Of a stretch of 64,000 bases of DNA, positions 56,345-64,000 are shown one piece after another; position 1 is the stretch's first letter, and each line of letters begins with the position of its first letter. The DNA is from Candidatus Iainarchaeum sp. (GTDB lineage Archaea; Iainarchaeota; Iainarchaeia; Iainarchaeales; UBA10219): contig JAGVWE010000005.1 in NCBI GenBank assembly GCA_018304425.1, positions 153,534 through 217,533 on the forward strand. Direction: 5' to 3'. The notes under the pieces are model-generated. The model saw only the letters and a program-made list of their open reading frames with translations. It was not told the origin of the DNA and did not search any database. A program made the translations under genes and the position numbers.

Positions 56345-58258
56345 ATGAATCCAAGGCAATGGCTGGTCTCCTACTGGAACGGCGTCAACAAGCGGCACCT
56401 GGTCCTGGCCGGGCTCTTGTTCGTGCTGGCCCTGGCCATCCGCGGCTACATGATGAAGTGGGAGCTGTTCTTCGAGTTCGACACCTACTTCCACGCGCGA
56501 ATCGTCTCCTACCTCTTGCAGGGACAGGGCCTGCCATCCCGCGACCCCATGGCCTACTACCAGCTGGGCGGCACCACCATCCCGGGCGTGACCGTGCTGT
56601 TCTGGTATGCGAGCGCATTCCTCTACAAGCTGTTCACGCTGGGCGCGGCCTATAACAAGGAAGTCTGGATTTATTTCGTGAAATTCCTGCCCGCCTTTTA
56701 TGGGGCCCTCATCTCGGTGGCCATGTTTTACCTGGGCAAGGAAATGTATGGCCCCAAGGCAGGGGCCGCCATGGGCTTTTTCGCCGCCGTTACCCCGGCC
56801 TTCGTCTACCGCACCATGGCCGGCCAGTTCGAAGACGATGCCTTGGGCTTCATCTGGCTGGTGCTGGGCTTCCTCTTCCTGGTGCGCGCGGCCCAGAGCA
56901 AGTCAGCGGACAAGTCGGGCCTGAAAAACGCGGTGATCGCCGGCGTGCTGTTCGGCTTGATGGCCTGGACCTGGGACATGTTCCTGTTGATTCCCTTCAT
57001 CCTCGCGGCCTACGGCTTTTGGACGATTGCCTTGCTCTGGTTCAAGAACGTGGAAAAAAAGGAGATCCTGCACTTCGGAAAGCTGGTGACCGTTGCCTTC
57101 CTCCTCTTCGCGGTGTTTGCGACGGCCAACCCGGCCAGCAACTGGACGCAAAAGGTGTACGATTACACGCGGCTCTACCTCCCGGTTTCGGCCGAAAACA
57201 TAGAGCGGGCGCAGACCAAGGCCCAGACTACCAGCGTGATTGGCTTCACGGTGGGCGAGGAAAACACGGGCAAGGAGTTCTTCGGCACCAAGTACAACGC
57301 CTTGATCGTCTTCCCCGTGCTGGCCCTGCTCCTCATCCCCTACCGCGTCCTGCGCAAGAAGGCCGACAAGGTGAGCCTCCTCGTGTTCTTCTGGACGCTG
57401 ATAACGTTTTACATGGCGTGGAGCAAGCTCAAGTTCACGTACACCCTGGGCCTGTCGATTCCCGCCGCGGCCGGCGCGGTGACCATCGAATTGTTCGAGT
57501 TCCTGCACGGGAGACCAAGCCTCGAGAAAAAGACCCTGCTGCTGCCCCTGGGCTTCATGCTGCTGGTGGGCGCGGGCGCCGCCATGCATTTCATGACCGA
57601 GCAATACCCCTCCATCGAGCAAGCCATCGGCTGGAAGGACGCCCTGGCCTGGATGCGCAACGAGACCCCGGTAGGCAGCAAGATGTTCAACTGGTGGGAT
57701 GAAGGCCACTGGATCAGCTTCATCGGCGAGCGCAGGCCCCTCGTGGACAACCGGAACAACGACTTCCAGGCGGACAGCGACTGGGCGCGCTTCTACCTCA
57801 CGGAGGACCTCAACGAAGCCTACGCCATCGTCCGGAAATACGACGCCGACTACGTCGTCCTAAGCAATGACCTGCTGGGCAAGATGAATTCGCTGGGCTT
57901 TTACGCCTACAACACGACGGACGTCACGGATGCCCGGCTCTCCAAGTTCTTCGGGAACTTCCTGGAATGCAGCCCCCGCAACAACGGGCAGTCCTTCCAA
58001 TGCGGGCCCAACGCCATTCCCGCCCCCCAACTCGAGTCCATTCCCTCGAGTTGGCGGCAGAACCCCAACCAGTTGTTCGAGCAGAAGACGCCCATGTACG
58101 TCTACCGGGACAAGAACAACCGCTTCCTGTACTTCCTCAACGTGCCCTCCAACATCGGCGTAGGGCCGAGGCTCTGGTTCTACGAGACGAGCACCCAAGA
58201 GTATTTCACGCAAGTGTATGAGAACGCGGGCGTAAAGATTTTCAAGGTGAAAAAGTAG
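56345..58258 (+). CDS. aglB: Oligosaccharyltransferase AglB/STT3
   Basis: EFDTYFH, RTMAGQFEDD, TVGEE, WWDEGHWI; multiple TM helices. Confidence 0.92.
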   Translation: MNPRQWLVSYWNGVNKRHLVLAGLLFVLALAIRGYMMKWELFFEFDTYFHARIVSYLLQGQGLPSRDPMAYYQLGGTTIPGVTVLFWYASAFLYKLFTLGAAYNKEVWIYFVKFLPAFYGALISVAMFYLGKEMYGPKAGAAMGFFAAVTPAFVYRTMAGQFEDDALGFIWLVLGFLFLVRAAQSKSADKSGLKNAVIAGVLFGLMAWTWDMFLLIPFILAAYGFWTIALLWFKNVEKKEILHFGKLVTVAFLLFAVFATANPASNWTQKVYDYTRLYLPVSAENIERAQTKAQTTSVIGFTVGEENTGKEFFGTKYNALIVFPVLALLLIPYRVLRKKADKVSLLVFFWTLITFYMAWSKLKFTYTLGLSIPAAAGAVTIELFEFLHGRPSLEKKTLLLPLGFMLLVGAGAAMHFMTEQYPSIEQAIGWKDALAWMRNETPVGSKMFNWWDEGHWISFIGERRPLVDNRNNDFQADSDWARFYLTEDLNEAYAIVRKYDADYVVLSNDLLGKMNSLGFYAYNTTDVTDARLSKFFGNFLECSPRNNGQSFQCGPNAIPAPQLESIPSSWRQNPNQLFEQKTPMYVYRDKNNRFLYFLNVPSNIGVGPRLWFYETSTQEYFTQVYENAGVKIFKVKK

Positions 58259-59272
58259 ATGCAGCCCCTGCTCGGTTACCTCGCCGTTTTCGCGTTGGCG
58301 TTCCTGGCAACCCATTTCATGTTGCCCAAAATCATTCCCCGGCTGCTCCAGCTCGGCTTGAGCGGCAAGGACATGAACAAGGCCTCCGAGCCCGTGGTCG
58401 CGGAAATGGGGGGCATCGCGGTTTTCTTCGGCTTCGTCTCGGCCATCATGCTGGCGCTCGCCTTCCACAGCTATTGGGGCTGGTTCGAGGGCTTGAACCT
58501 CACGGCCCTGCTGGCGGCTTCTTCGACCATCGTCATCATCGGCTTCATCGGCCTCGTGGATGACCTGCTGGGCTGGAAGTCCGGGATTAAACAATGGCAG
58601 AAGACCCTGCTGCCCCTCGTCGCCGCGCTGCCCCTCATGGTGTTGCCGGAAAGCATTGGCCTCACCAAAATCGTGGTGCCCTTCATGGGCGAGGTCCAGC
58701 TGGGCATCCTGTATTCCCTGGCCCTGGTGCCCATCGCGGTTACGGGGGCCAGCAACGCAGTCAACATGCTGGCGGGCTTCAACGGCTTGGAGGCCGGCAT
58801 CGGCTCGATTATCGCGGCCACCTTCATCGCCATCGCGTTGTTCAAGGAAGACCCTTCCCGCACCCTGGAAGTCGTGCTCCTCATGGCCGCGTTGCTGGGT
58901 TCCCTGCTCGCCTTCCTGCGCTTCAACTGGTTTCCCGCCAAGGTCTTCCCAGGGGATTCCCTGACCCTCATGATGGGCGCGGCCTTTGCAGCCGCCGCCA
59001 TCGTGGGCAACATCGAGAAAATCGGCCTGGGCTTGTTCGCCCTCTACTTCGTTGAACTCCTGTTCAAGGCCAAGCACCGGTTCAAGTCCGAGTGCTTTGG
59101 GTTGCCGCAAGAGGACGGCACCCTGCAGGCGGACCCTAGAGGGGGCTCGCTGACGCATTTCATCATGCGGTTGGGCCGGTTCACGGAAGGCCAGGTCGTG
59201 TGCATCCTCTTCGGCCTCCAGTTGCTGGTTTCGGCTGCCGTCTTCGCCTTGTTCTGGTTCAAGCTCTTCTAG
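58259..59272 (+). CDS. UDP-GlcNAc:dolichol-phosphate GlcNAc-1-P transferase (AglH/Alg7, MraY family)
   Basis: GKDMNK, EMGG, GLVDD, NAVNMLAGFNGLE, PAKVFPGD. Confidence 0.9.
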   Translation: MQPLLGYLAVFALAFLATHFMLPKIIPRLLQLGLSGKDMNKASEPVVAEMGGIAVFFGFVSAIMLALAFHSYWGWFEGLNLTALLAASSTIVIIGFIGLVDDLLGWKSGIKQWQKTLLPLVAALPLMVLPESIGLTKIVVPFMGEVQLGILYSLALVPIAVTGASNAVNMLAGFNGLEAGIGSIIAATFIAIALFKEDPSRTLEVVLLMAALLGSLLAFLRFNWFPAKVFPGDSLTLMMGAAFAAAAIVGNIEKIGLGLFALYFVELLFKAKHRFKSECFGLPQEDGTLQADPRGGSLTHFIMRLGRFTEGQVVCILFGLQLLVSAAVFALFWFKLF

Positions 59273-59280
59273 GTGCGCGC

Positions 59281-60036
59281 GTGGAAAAAGAAATCTTTTT
59301 CGCCAATGACCGCGACGAAATCCTTCACGGTATTTTGTTCGCGCCGGAAAAATTCTTGGCGGGGGTCGCGGTCTGCCATGGCTTCGCGGGCCGGTGCGAC
59401 ACCCTCAACAAGCGGGGCTGGGCCCGGGCCCTCGCCGCCAAGGGATTCGCGGTGCTCTTGTTCGACTGCGCGGGCCACGGCAAGTCGGAGGGCGAGTACC
59501 GGAGCAACACGATTTCCCGCGAGGCAGGGGACGCGCACTGCGCGCTCGAGAGGCTGCGGGAACTCGGCTGCGGGAAGCTGGGCCTGGTCGGCCACAGCAT
59601 GGGCGGGATTGTCGCGCTCATCGAGGGGAACCGGAACGCGGACGTGAAGGCAGTGGCCCTGGTGGCCGCGCCCTTCCACCTGCCCAAGTACCCGGATGCG
59701 TTGTTCGGCGAGGCCGGCAGGAAGTGGAAAGAGCACGGCGTGCTGGAATTCGTGGACGACGGGAGAAAGCTCCAACTGGACTACGGTTACAAGCGCGACC
59801 AGCAAAAGTATGACGCCGCCAAGCTGGCGCACGGCCTCAAAAAACCGCTGCTCGTCTTGCACGGCTCCGTCGACAACATCGTGCCCATCGAAGAGGCCAC
59901 GCAATTCTACGCGCACGCGGCCGAGCCCAAGGAGCTGAGAGTCATCGAGGGCGGCGACCACGGCCCCTATGGCGCGAAGCAGCGGGCGAAAGCCGAGCAG
60001 GCTTTGACCGAATTCTTTGAAAAGCGGCTGGCATAA
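59281..60036 (+). CDS. Alpha/beta hydrolase
   Basis: CHGF, GHGKSEG, GHSMGG, HGSVD, GGDH triad. Confidence 0.9.
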   Translation: MEKEIFFANDRDEILHGILFAPEKFLAGVAVCHGFAGRCDTLNKRGWARALAAKGFAVLLFDCAGHGKSEGEYRSNTISREAGDAHCALERLRELGCGKLGLVGHSMGGIVALIEGNRNADVKAVALVAAPFHLPKYPDALFGEAGRKWKEHGVLEFVDDGRKLQLDYGYKRDQQKYDAAKLAHGLKKPLLVLHGSVDNIVPIEEATQFYAHAAEPKELRVIEGGDHGPYGAKQRAKAEQALTEFFEKRLA

Positions 60037-60059
60037 TCCCCACGCCTTTCAACCCCTGA

Positions 60060-60336
60060 ACGGACTTCAACCCGCAAACACCGGTCACCGCCAAAACCAC
60101 CCTGACCTTTGACACTCAAGACCCAGACCCAGGGGACCCCTTGGCGGCCAGCGTCTACCTCGTGAACGCGGCAGGGCAAAGGACTACCATAAAACAGGGC
60201 ATGGCCCTGGCCAGGGGAACGAACACCCTTGACTTCGACTCCACCCCCCTACTTGAACAATGCCTTTACGCTGGAAGTCGAAGTCAGCGATGGAAAAACC
60301 AAGACCACGGCCACCCAAACGGTGAGCATCGGCTGA
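60060..60336 (+). pseudogene. Frameshifted 3' remnant of an Ig-like/cadherin-like surface protein gene
   Basis: Startless frame ..TFDTQDPDPGDPL..FDST, then a shift near the C6 run 60244-60249 to FTLEVEVSDGKTKTTATQTVSIG*. Confidence 0.55.
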
Positions 60337-60374
60337 GGGTTAAGCTAAAAACCCTTCCCAAACCCATGAATGGC

Positions 60375-60821
60375 ATGAAGGTCTGTTTGGCGTGCAGCGC
60401 TGGCGGCCATTTGACGGAGTTGCTGCAGGTCGAGGAAGCCTATAAGGCGCTGCCCCACTACTATGTAACGGATGCCCGCATCGACTCCCGGGAGTTCGCC
60501 GGGCACGAGAAAACCTATTTCGTGGAGTGCCCGCGGCGCAACCCCTTCAAGTCGCTGGTCAACTTAGTCCAGTCACTGAACGTCCTACTCCGGGAAAAGC
60601 CTACGACAATTTTGAGCACGGGCGCGGACACCGCGTTCTTCACCTGCCTGCTGGGCAAGCTCCTGGGCGCGAAACTCGTCTTCATCGAGTCGTTTGCCCG
60701 CATCCGGGAGCCCAGCCTCTCGGGCCGCTTGCTTTATCCCCTGGCCGACCACTTTTTCGTGCAGTGGCCGGACCTGAAAGCGAAACTGCCACGCGCCGTG
60801 TACGCGGGGAGCGTGTTCTGA
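60375..60821 (+). CDS. Alg14/PssD-like glycosyltransferase acceptor-binding subunit
   Basis: CSAGGHL, STGA, FIESFARI..PSLSG, FVQWP; alternative ATG at 60366. Confidence 0.9.
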   Translation: MKVCLACSAGGHLTELLQVEEAYKALPHYYVTDARIDSREFAGHEKTYFVECPRRNPFKSLVNLVQSLNVLLREKPTTILSTGADTAFFTCLLGKLLGAKLVFIESFARIREPSLSGRLLYPLADHFFVQWPDLKAKLPRAVYAGSVF

Positions 60822-60860
60822 TGAAACCCTTTTTGCTGCGGCAAAAAGCGTTTACGGAAA
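60821..60860. repeat. Small palindromic repeat family B, copy 2
   Basis: ATGAAACCCTTTTTGCTGCGGCAAAAAGCGTTTACGGAAA. Confidence 0.8.
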
Positions 60861-60876
60861 AACGGAGGCTGCGGCC

Positions 60877-61395
60877 ATGAAGATTTTCGCGACCCTGGGC
60901 ACGCACCCCCAGCCCATGGACCGGCTGCTGGAGAAGCTGGACGAGCTCGCCGGCAAGGGCCGGCTAGGGAAGGAATCGGACTTGTTCGCGCAGACCGGGA
61001 GCTGCACGCACCACCCGATCAACTTTGAGTCAAAGGCCCTGCTGGAGGCACGCGAGCTGGAGCAACGCATCAAATGGGCAGACCTGGTCATCAGCCACGG
61101 GGGAGCGGGCAGCATCATCCACGCTTTGCGGTTGAAGAAAAAACTCATCGTGGTGCCGCGCCTGGAACGGTTCGGCGAGCACACGGACTCGCACCAAGTC
61201 GAGCTGGCCAAGGCCATGGAACGCGAGAACAAGGCCATCGTGGTCTACGGCATGGACCGGCTCGAGCAAGCCATCAAGGACGCGGCGAAGTTCAAGCCCA
61301 ACCTGGACTCGACGCGGAAGGACCTCGTGAAAGCCGTGAAGGCCTGCCTCGGCCCGAAGGGCCTCGGCTACGGCCTCGGCTGCGGCCTCGGCTGA
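60877..61395 (+). CDS. Alg13/PssE-like glycosyltransferase catalytic subunit
   Basis: IFATLGTH, QTG, ISHGGAGSI, VPR..GEH.D.HQ.ELA. Confidence 0.9.
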   Translation: MKIFATLGTHPQPMDRLLEKLDELAGKGRLGKESDLFAQTGSCTHHPINFESKALLEARELEQRIKWADLVISHGGAGSIIHALRLKKKLIVVPRLERFGEHTDSHQVELAKAMERENKAIVVYGMDRLEQAIKDAAKFKPNLDSTRKDLVKAVKACLGPKGLGYGLGCGLG

Positions 61396-61413
61396 CCCTT
61401 GGGAGGAAAAAAC

Positions 61414-61959
61414 ATGGGCATCAACCTCTCGCGCTTGAAGGAATTCATTGAAACCGGCAAGGGAAAGCGGGTGCTGCACCTGGGCTGCAACGTGCGCGAC
61501 CTGGGGGAAGGCCTCATCAACGTGGACTATGCACGGTTTCCGGGAGTTGACTTACTCGCCGACCTCGACCAACCACTGCCCTTTGCGGATGCATCCGTGG
61601 ACGGGATTGGCATGGCACACGTACTGGAGCACCTGCGCTACATGCGGTTCATGCGCGAGGCCCTCAGAATCCTGAAGCCCGGGAAGCGCGTGTACCTGGT
61701 GGTACCCTATTACACGAGCCACGCAGCCCACATCGGCGAGCACGTCACGCCTGGCTTTGCCTGGATTGCCTTCGACTACTTCCAGCAACCCAACCATCCC
61801 TTCCACGCCTTCAAGGTCTGCTCCAACCGGATTGTCTTCCGCGGCAAACTCAAGTACCTGAACCCCCTCGTGAACTGCTTTCCCCGGTTCTACGACAAGT
61901 GGCTCGCGCACCTCCTACCGGCCGTGGAACTCGAAGTCGTGCTCGAAAAACGGGCATAA
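61414..61959 (+). CDS. Short class I SAM-dependent methyltransferase
   Basis: LHLGC, NVD, ADLD, HVLEH, RILKPG, VPY. Confidence 0.85.
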   Translation: MGINLSRLKEFIETGKGKRVLHLGCNVRDLGEGLINVDYARFPGVDLLADLDQPLPFADASVDGIGMAHVLEHLRYMRFMREALRILKPGKRVYLVVPYYTSHAAHIGEHVTPGFAWIAFDYFQQPNHPFHAFKVCSNRIVFRGKLKYLNPLVNCFPRFYDKWLAHLLPAVELEVVLEKRA

Positions 61960-62038
61960 AGGGTTCGATGAATAAGCGTTCGACGATTGCACGATGTAAG
62001 CCTTTAAAAGGCTGAATGCCCTTGAATTCCATGATTGC

Positions 62039-62902
62039 ATGCCTTGCCTGGTCTCCGTCATCGTCTTGAACTGGAACGGCAAAAAACTGGTCCAGGACTG
62101 CCTTCAATCGATTGAGCGGAACACGGAGAGGGGGAAGTACGAGGTAATCGTCGTGGACAACGGCAGCCGGGACGGCAGCGTGGAATGGCTGCGGGGCCAG
62201 GAACAGGCGGGAAAAATTCGGCTCATCGCCAACCCGGAAAACAAGGGCTTCAGCCACGCCAACAACCAGGGGTTTTTGGCGGCCAAAGGGGACTACGTGT
62301 ACCTGCTCAACAACGATACCCGGGTCACGAAAGGATGGCTGAGCGAGGCCGTGAAGGCCGCGGAAGCCGGGAAACGGATTGGAATCGTGGGAAGCAGGCT
62401 CTACCACCCGACGGAAAAAATCGACGAAAGCGATTTCCGTGTCGTTGAAAAGCAGGCCGTGTGCGGGGCCGGCATGCTCGTCCAACGCGGGGTCATTGAA
62501 CGGATTGGCTACCTGGACTCGGACCACTTTTCCCCCATCTACGGCGAGGAAATCGACTTCTGTTACCGGGCGAGGAACGCGGGCTACCGCGTGGTCGAAG
62601 CCGCGGGAAGCCGCGTCGTGCACCTGGGCTCGCTGAGCATGGTGATGGTGCACGGCAAAGAACAACAGTATGAACGGTTGTTTACCAACACGTACAAGGC
62701 CATGCTCTACAACCTGGGCCTGGCTGGTTTGCTGGGGCACTTGCCAGGCTACCTGCGGGTGTACGGGCTGGCCCTCCAAAAGGGGTTCCTGGGCCTGCAC
62801 GTGAAAGCCATCCTCAACAACCTCCGGAACTGGAAAGAAGTCCAAGCGGAAAGGAAGCGCCGAAAGACCGGGCAGAAAATCGTTCCCAGGGGGATGCCAT
62901 GA
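62039..62902 (+). CDS. Glycosyltransferase family 2
   Basis: VIVLNWN, VVDNGS.DGS, N.GF..ANN, LLNND, EEIDFCYR. Confidence 0.93.
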   Translation: MPCLVSVIVLNWNGKKLVQDCLQSIERNTERGKYEVIVVDNGSRDGSVEWLRGQEQAGKIRLIANPENKGFSHANNQGFLAAKGDYVYLLNNDTRVTKGWLSEAVKAAEAGKRIGIVGSRLYHPTEKIDESDFRVVEKQAVCGAGMLVQRGVIERIGYLDSDHFSPIYGEEIDFCYRARNAGYRVVEAAGSRVVHLGSLSMVMVHGKEQQYERLFTNTYKAMLYNLGLAGLLGHLPGYLRVYGLALQKGFLGLHVKAILNNLRNWKEVQAERKRRKTGQKIVPRGMP

Positions 62903-63999
62903 GGATTTTCTACATTACTTCGGTATTGGGGGACAGCGGGGGCAGCGAGATTTACACCCGCGACCTGCTGCTGGAACTGATGCGGCGCGGCCACGAGTTG
63001 TGCGTGGCGACGACCACGCGTTACACGCTACCGGGCGCGGAGATGGTGTTCATTCCACGGTTCGGGCACCATGGGCTGCATAAGTTCGCCGCGCCGTTGT
63101 TCGCTGGGAAAGTGCTGGCGGCCGCACGGAAGTTCAAGCCCGACCTGGTGCAGAGCCACAGCAACTGCTTCATGGGCTACCTGGGCCACCGCGTGAAAGA
63201 GGCGTTGGGGGTTCCGCACGTGTGCCTCATCGAGCTCCTCAGCGGCGTGAACTTCTCGTTGCACGCGAAAGCCATCCACGCCAGCGAAAAATTCCTGCTG
63301 CCGAAGCTGAACTACGACCGCCTCATCGTGTGGACAGAGAACATGAAGCAACGGTTTCTGCTGCCCTGGGGGATTCCCGAAGAAAAAATTGAAATCATCC
63401 CGGCGGCGGTGAACCTGGAGAACTACCCGCGGGACGCGGACGGTGCGCAGGTCCGAAAGGTGTTTGGCGCCCCAGGGGGGGCGCACCTGATTACCTCCAT
63501 CAAGACTTTGTGGCACAGCAATGCGAAGGGCCTGGAGTACGTCATCAAGGCCATGAAGGACGTGCATGCCCGTCATCCGGAGTACACGTACGTCCTCTTC
63601 GGGGAAGGCAAGAGCCGGGCAGGCCTGGAGCAGCTCGTGGCGCGGCTAGGCCTGGAAGGCTGCGTGAAGCTGCCGGGCGGCATTTCGCCAAGGGATTGCC
63701 AGGAGGTGTGGGCGGCCACGGAGATTGCGCCGCACTCATTTGTCTACGAGTTTTCGACCAGCATTTCCTTGTTGGAGTACATGGCCATGGGCCGGGCCTG
63801 CGTGGTTACTGACATGGGCGCGGTGCGCGAGTTTGTGGGAGACGCGGCCCTGGTCGTGAAACCCGGAGATGAAACCGCCCTGGCTGAAGGCATTAATAAG
63901 CTAATCGAAGACAAGGAGTTACGGGAAGCGCTGGGCCGGAAGGCCCGAAAGCGCGTGGAAGAAAAGTACTCGATTGGGAAAGCGGTGGACAAACTAGTG
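62899..63999 (+). CDS. Glycosyltransferase family 4; 3' end runs out of the window
   Basis: ATG at 62899 overlaps the GT2 stop: MRIFYIT..GGSE..RGHE, FKPDLV, LLEYMAMGRACVVTDMG; absent from the ORF track because it has no stop. Confidence 0.9.
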   Translation, partial: MRIFYITSVLGDSGGSEIYTRDLLLELMRRGHELCVATTTRYTLPGAEMVFIPRFGHHGLHKFAAPLFAGKVLAAARKFKPDLVQSHSNCFMGYLGHRVKEALGVPHVCLIELLSGVNFSLHAKAIHASEKFLLPKLNYDRLIVWTENMKQRFLLPWGIPEEKIEIIPAAVNLENYPRDADGAQVRKVFGAPGGAHLITSIKTLWHSNAKGLEYVIKAMKDVHARHPEYTYVLFGEGKSRAGLEQLVARLGLEGCVKLPGGISPRDCQEVWAATEIAPHSFVYEFSTSISLLEYMAMGRACVVTDMGAVREFVGDAALVVKPGDETALAEGINKLIEDKELREALGRKARKRVEEKYSIGKAVDKLV

Positions 64000-64000
64000 G

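Noticed and set aside
60141-60374. N-terminal extension of the Alg14-like protein
   Set aside because: Better explained as read-through from the upstream pseudogene fragment; the family starts at MKVCLAC.

Overview
GC-rich archaeal chromosomal segment. Archaeal markers include TBP, Rpo4, Spt5, SecE/Sec61-gamma, L21e, L44e, P0/P1 and AglB. The gene content fits a DPANN lineage such as Iainarchaeota/Diapherotrites, which is an inference. The window holds guaA, rpe, a large HerA-like ATPase, a glmS-glmM-GlmU-like cluster, two toxin-antitoxin pairs, hppA, two ATP-independent Lon-type proteases, the ftsZ-secE-spt5-L11-L1-L10-L12 cluster, R15P isomerase and AMP phosphorylase, a full carAB/pyrBDKCEF cluster, an N-glycosylation cluster, two tRNAs and an unlinked 5S rRNA. 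The most unusual signals are: (1) an Smc with condensin-type heads, no recognisable hinge, a Rad50-type CPVC zinc hook at its apex and an intein in Walker A; (2) a three-copy dispersed two-hairpin element with compensatory changes and a fixed 14-nt linker, abutting both tRNAs; (3) a second small palindromic repeat family and a 200-nt array of eight hairpins; (4) a TBP gene with no canonical start for its first repeat, behind a cluster of TATA boxes; (5) several orphan proteins with very basic N-termini inserted into housekeeping clusters. No database searches were run; calls rest on motifs read from the sequence.
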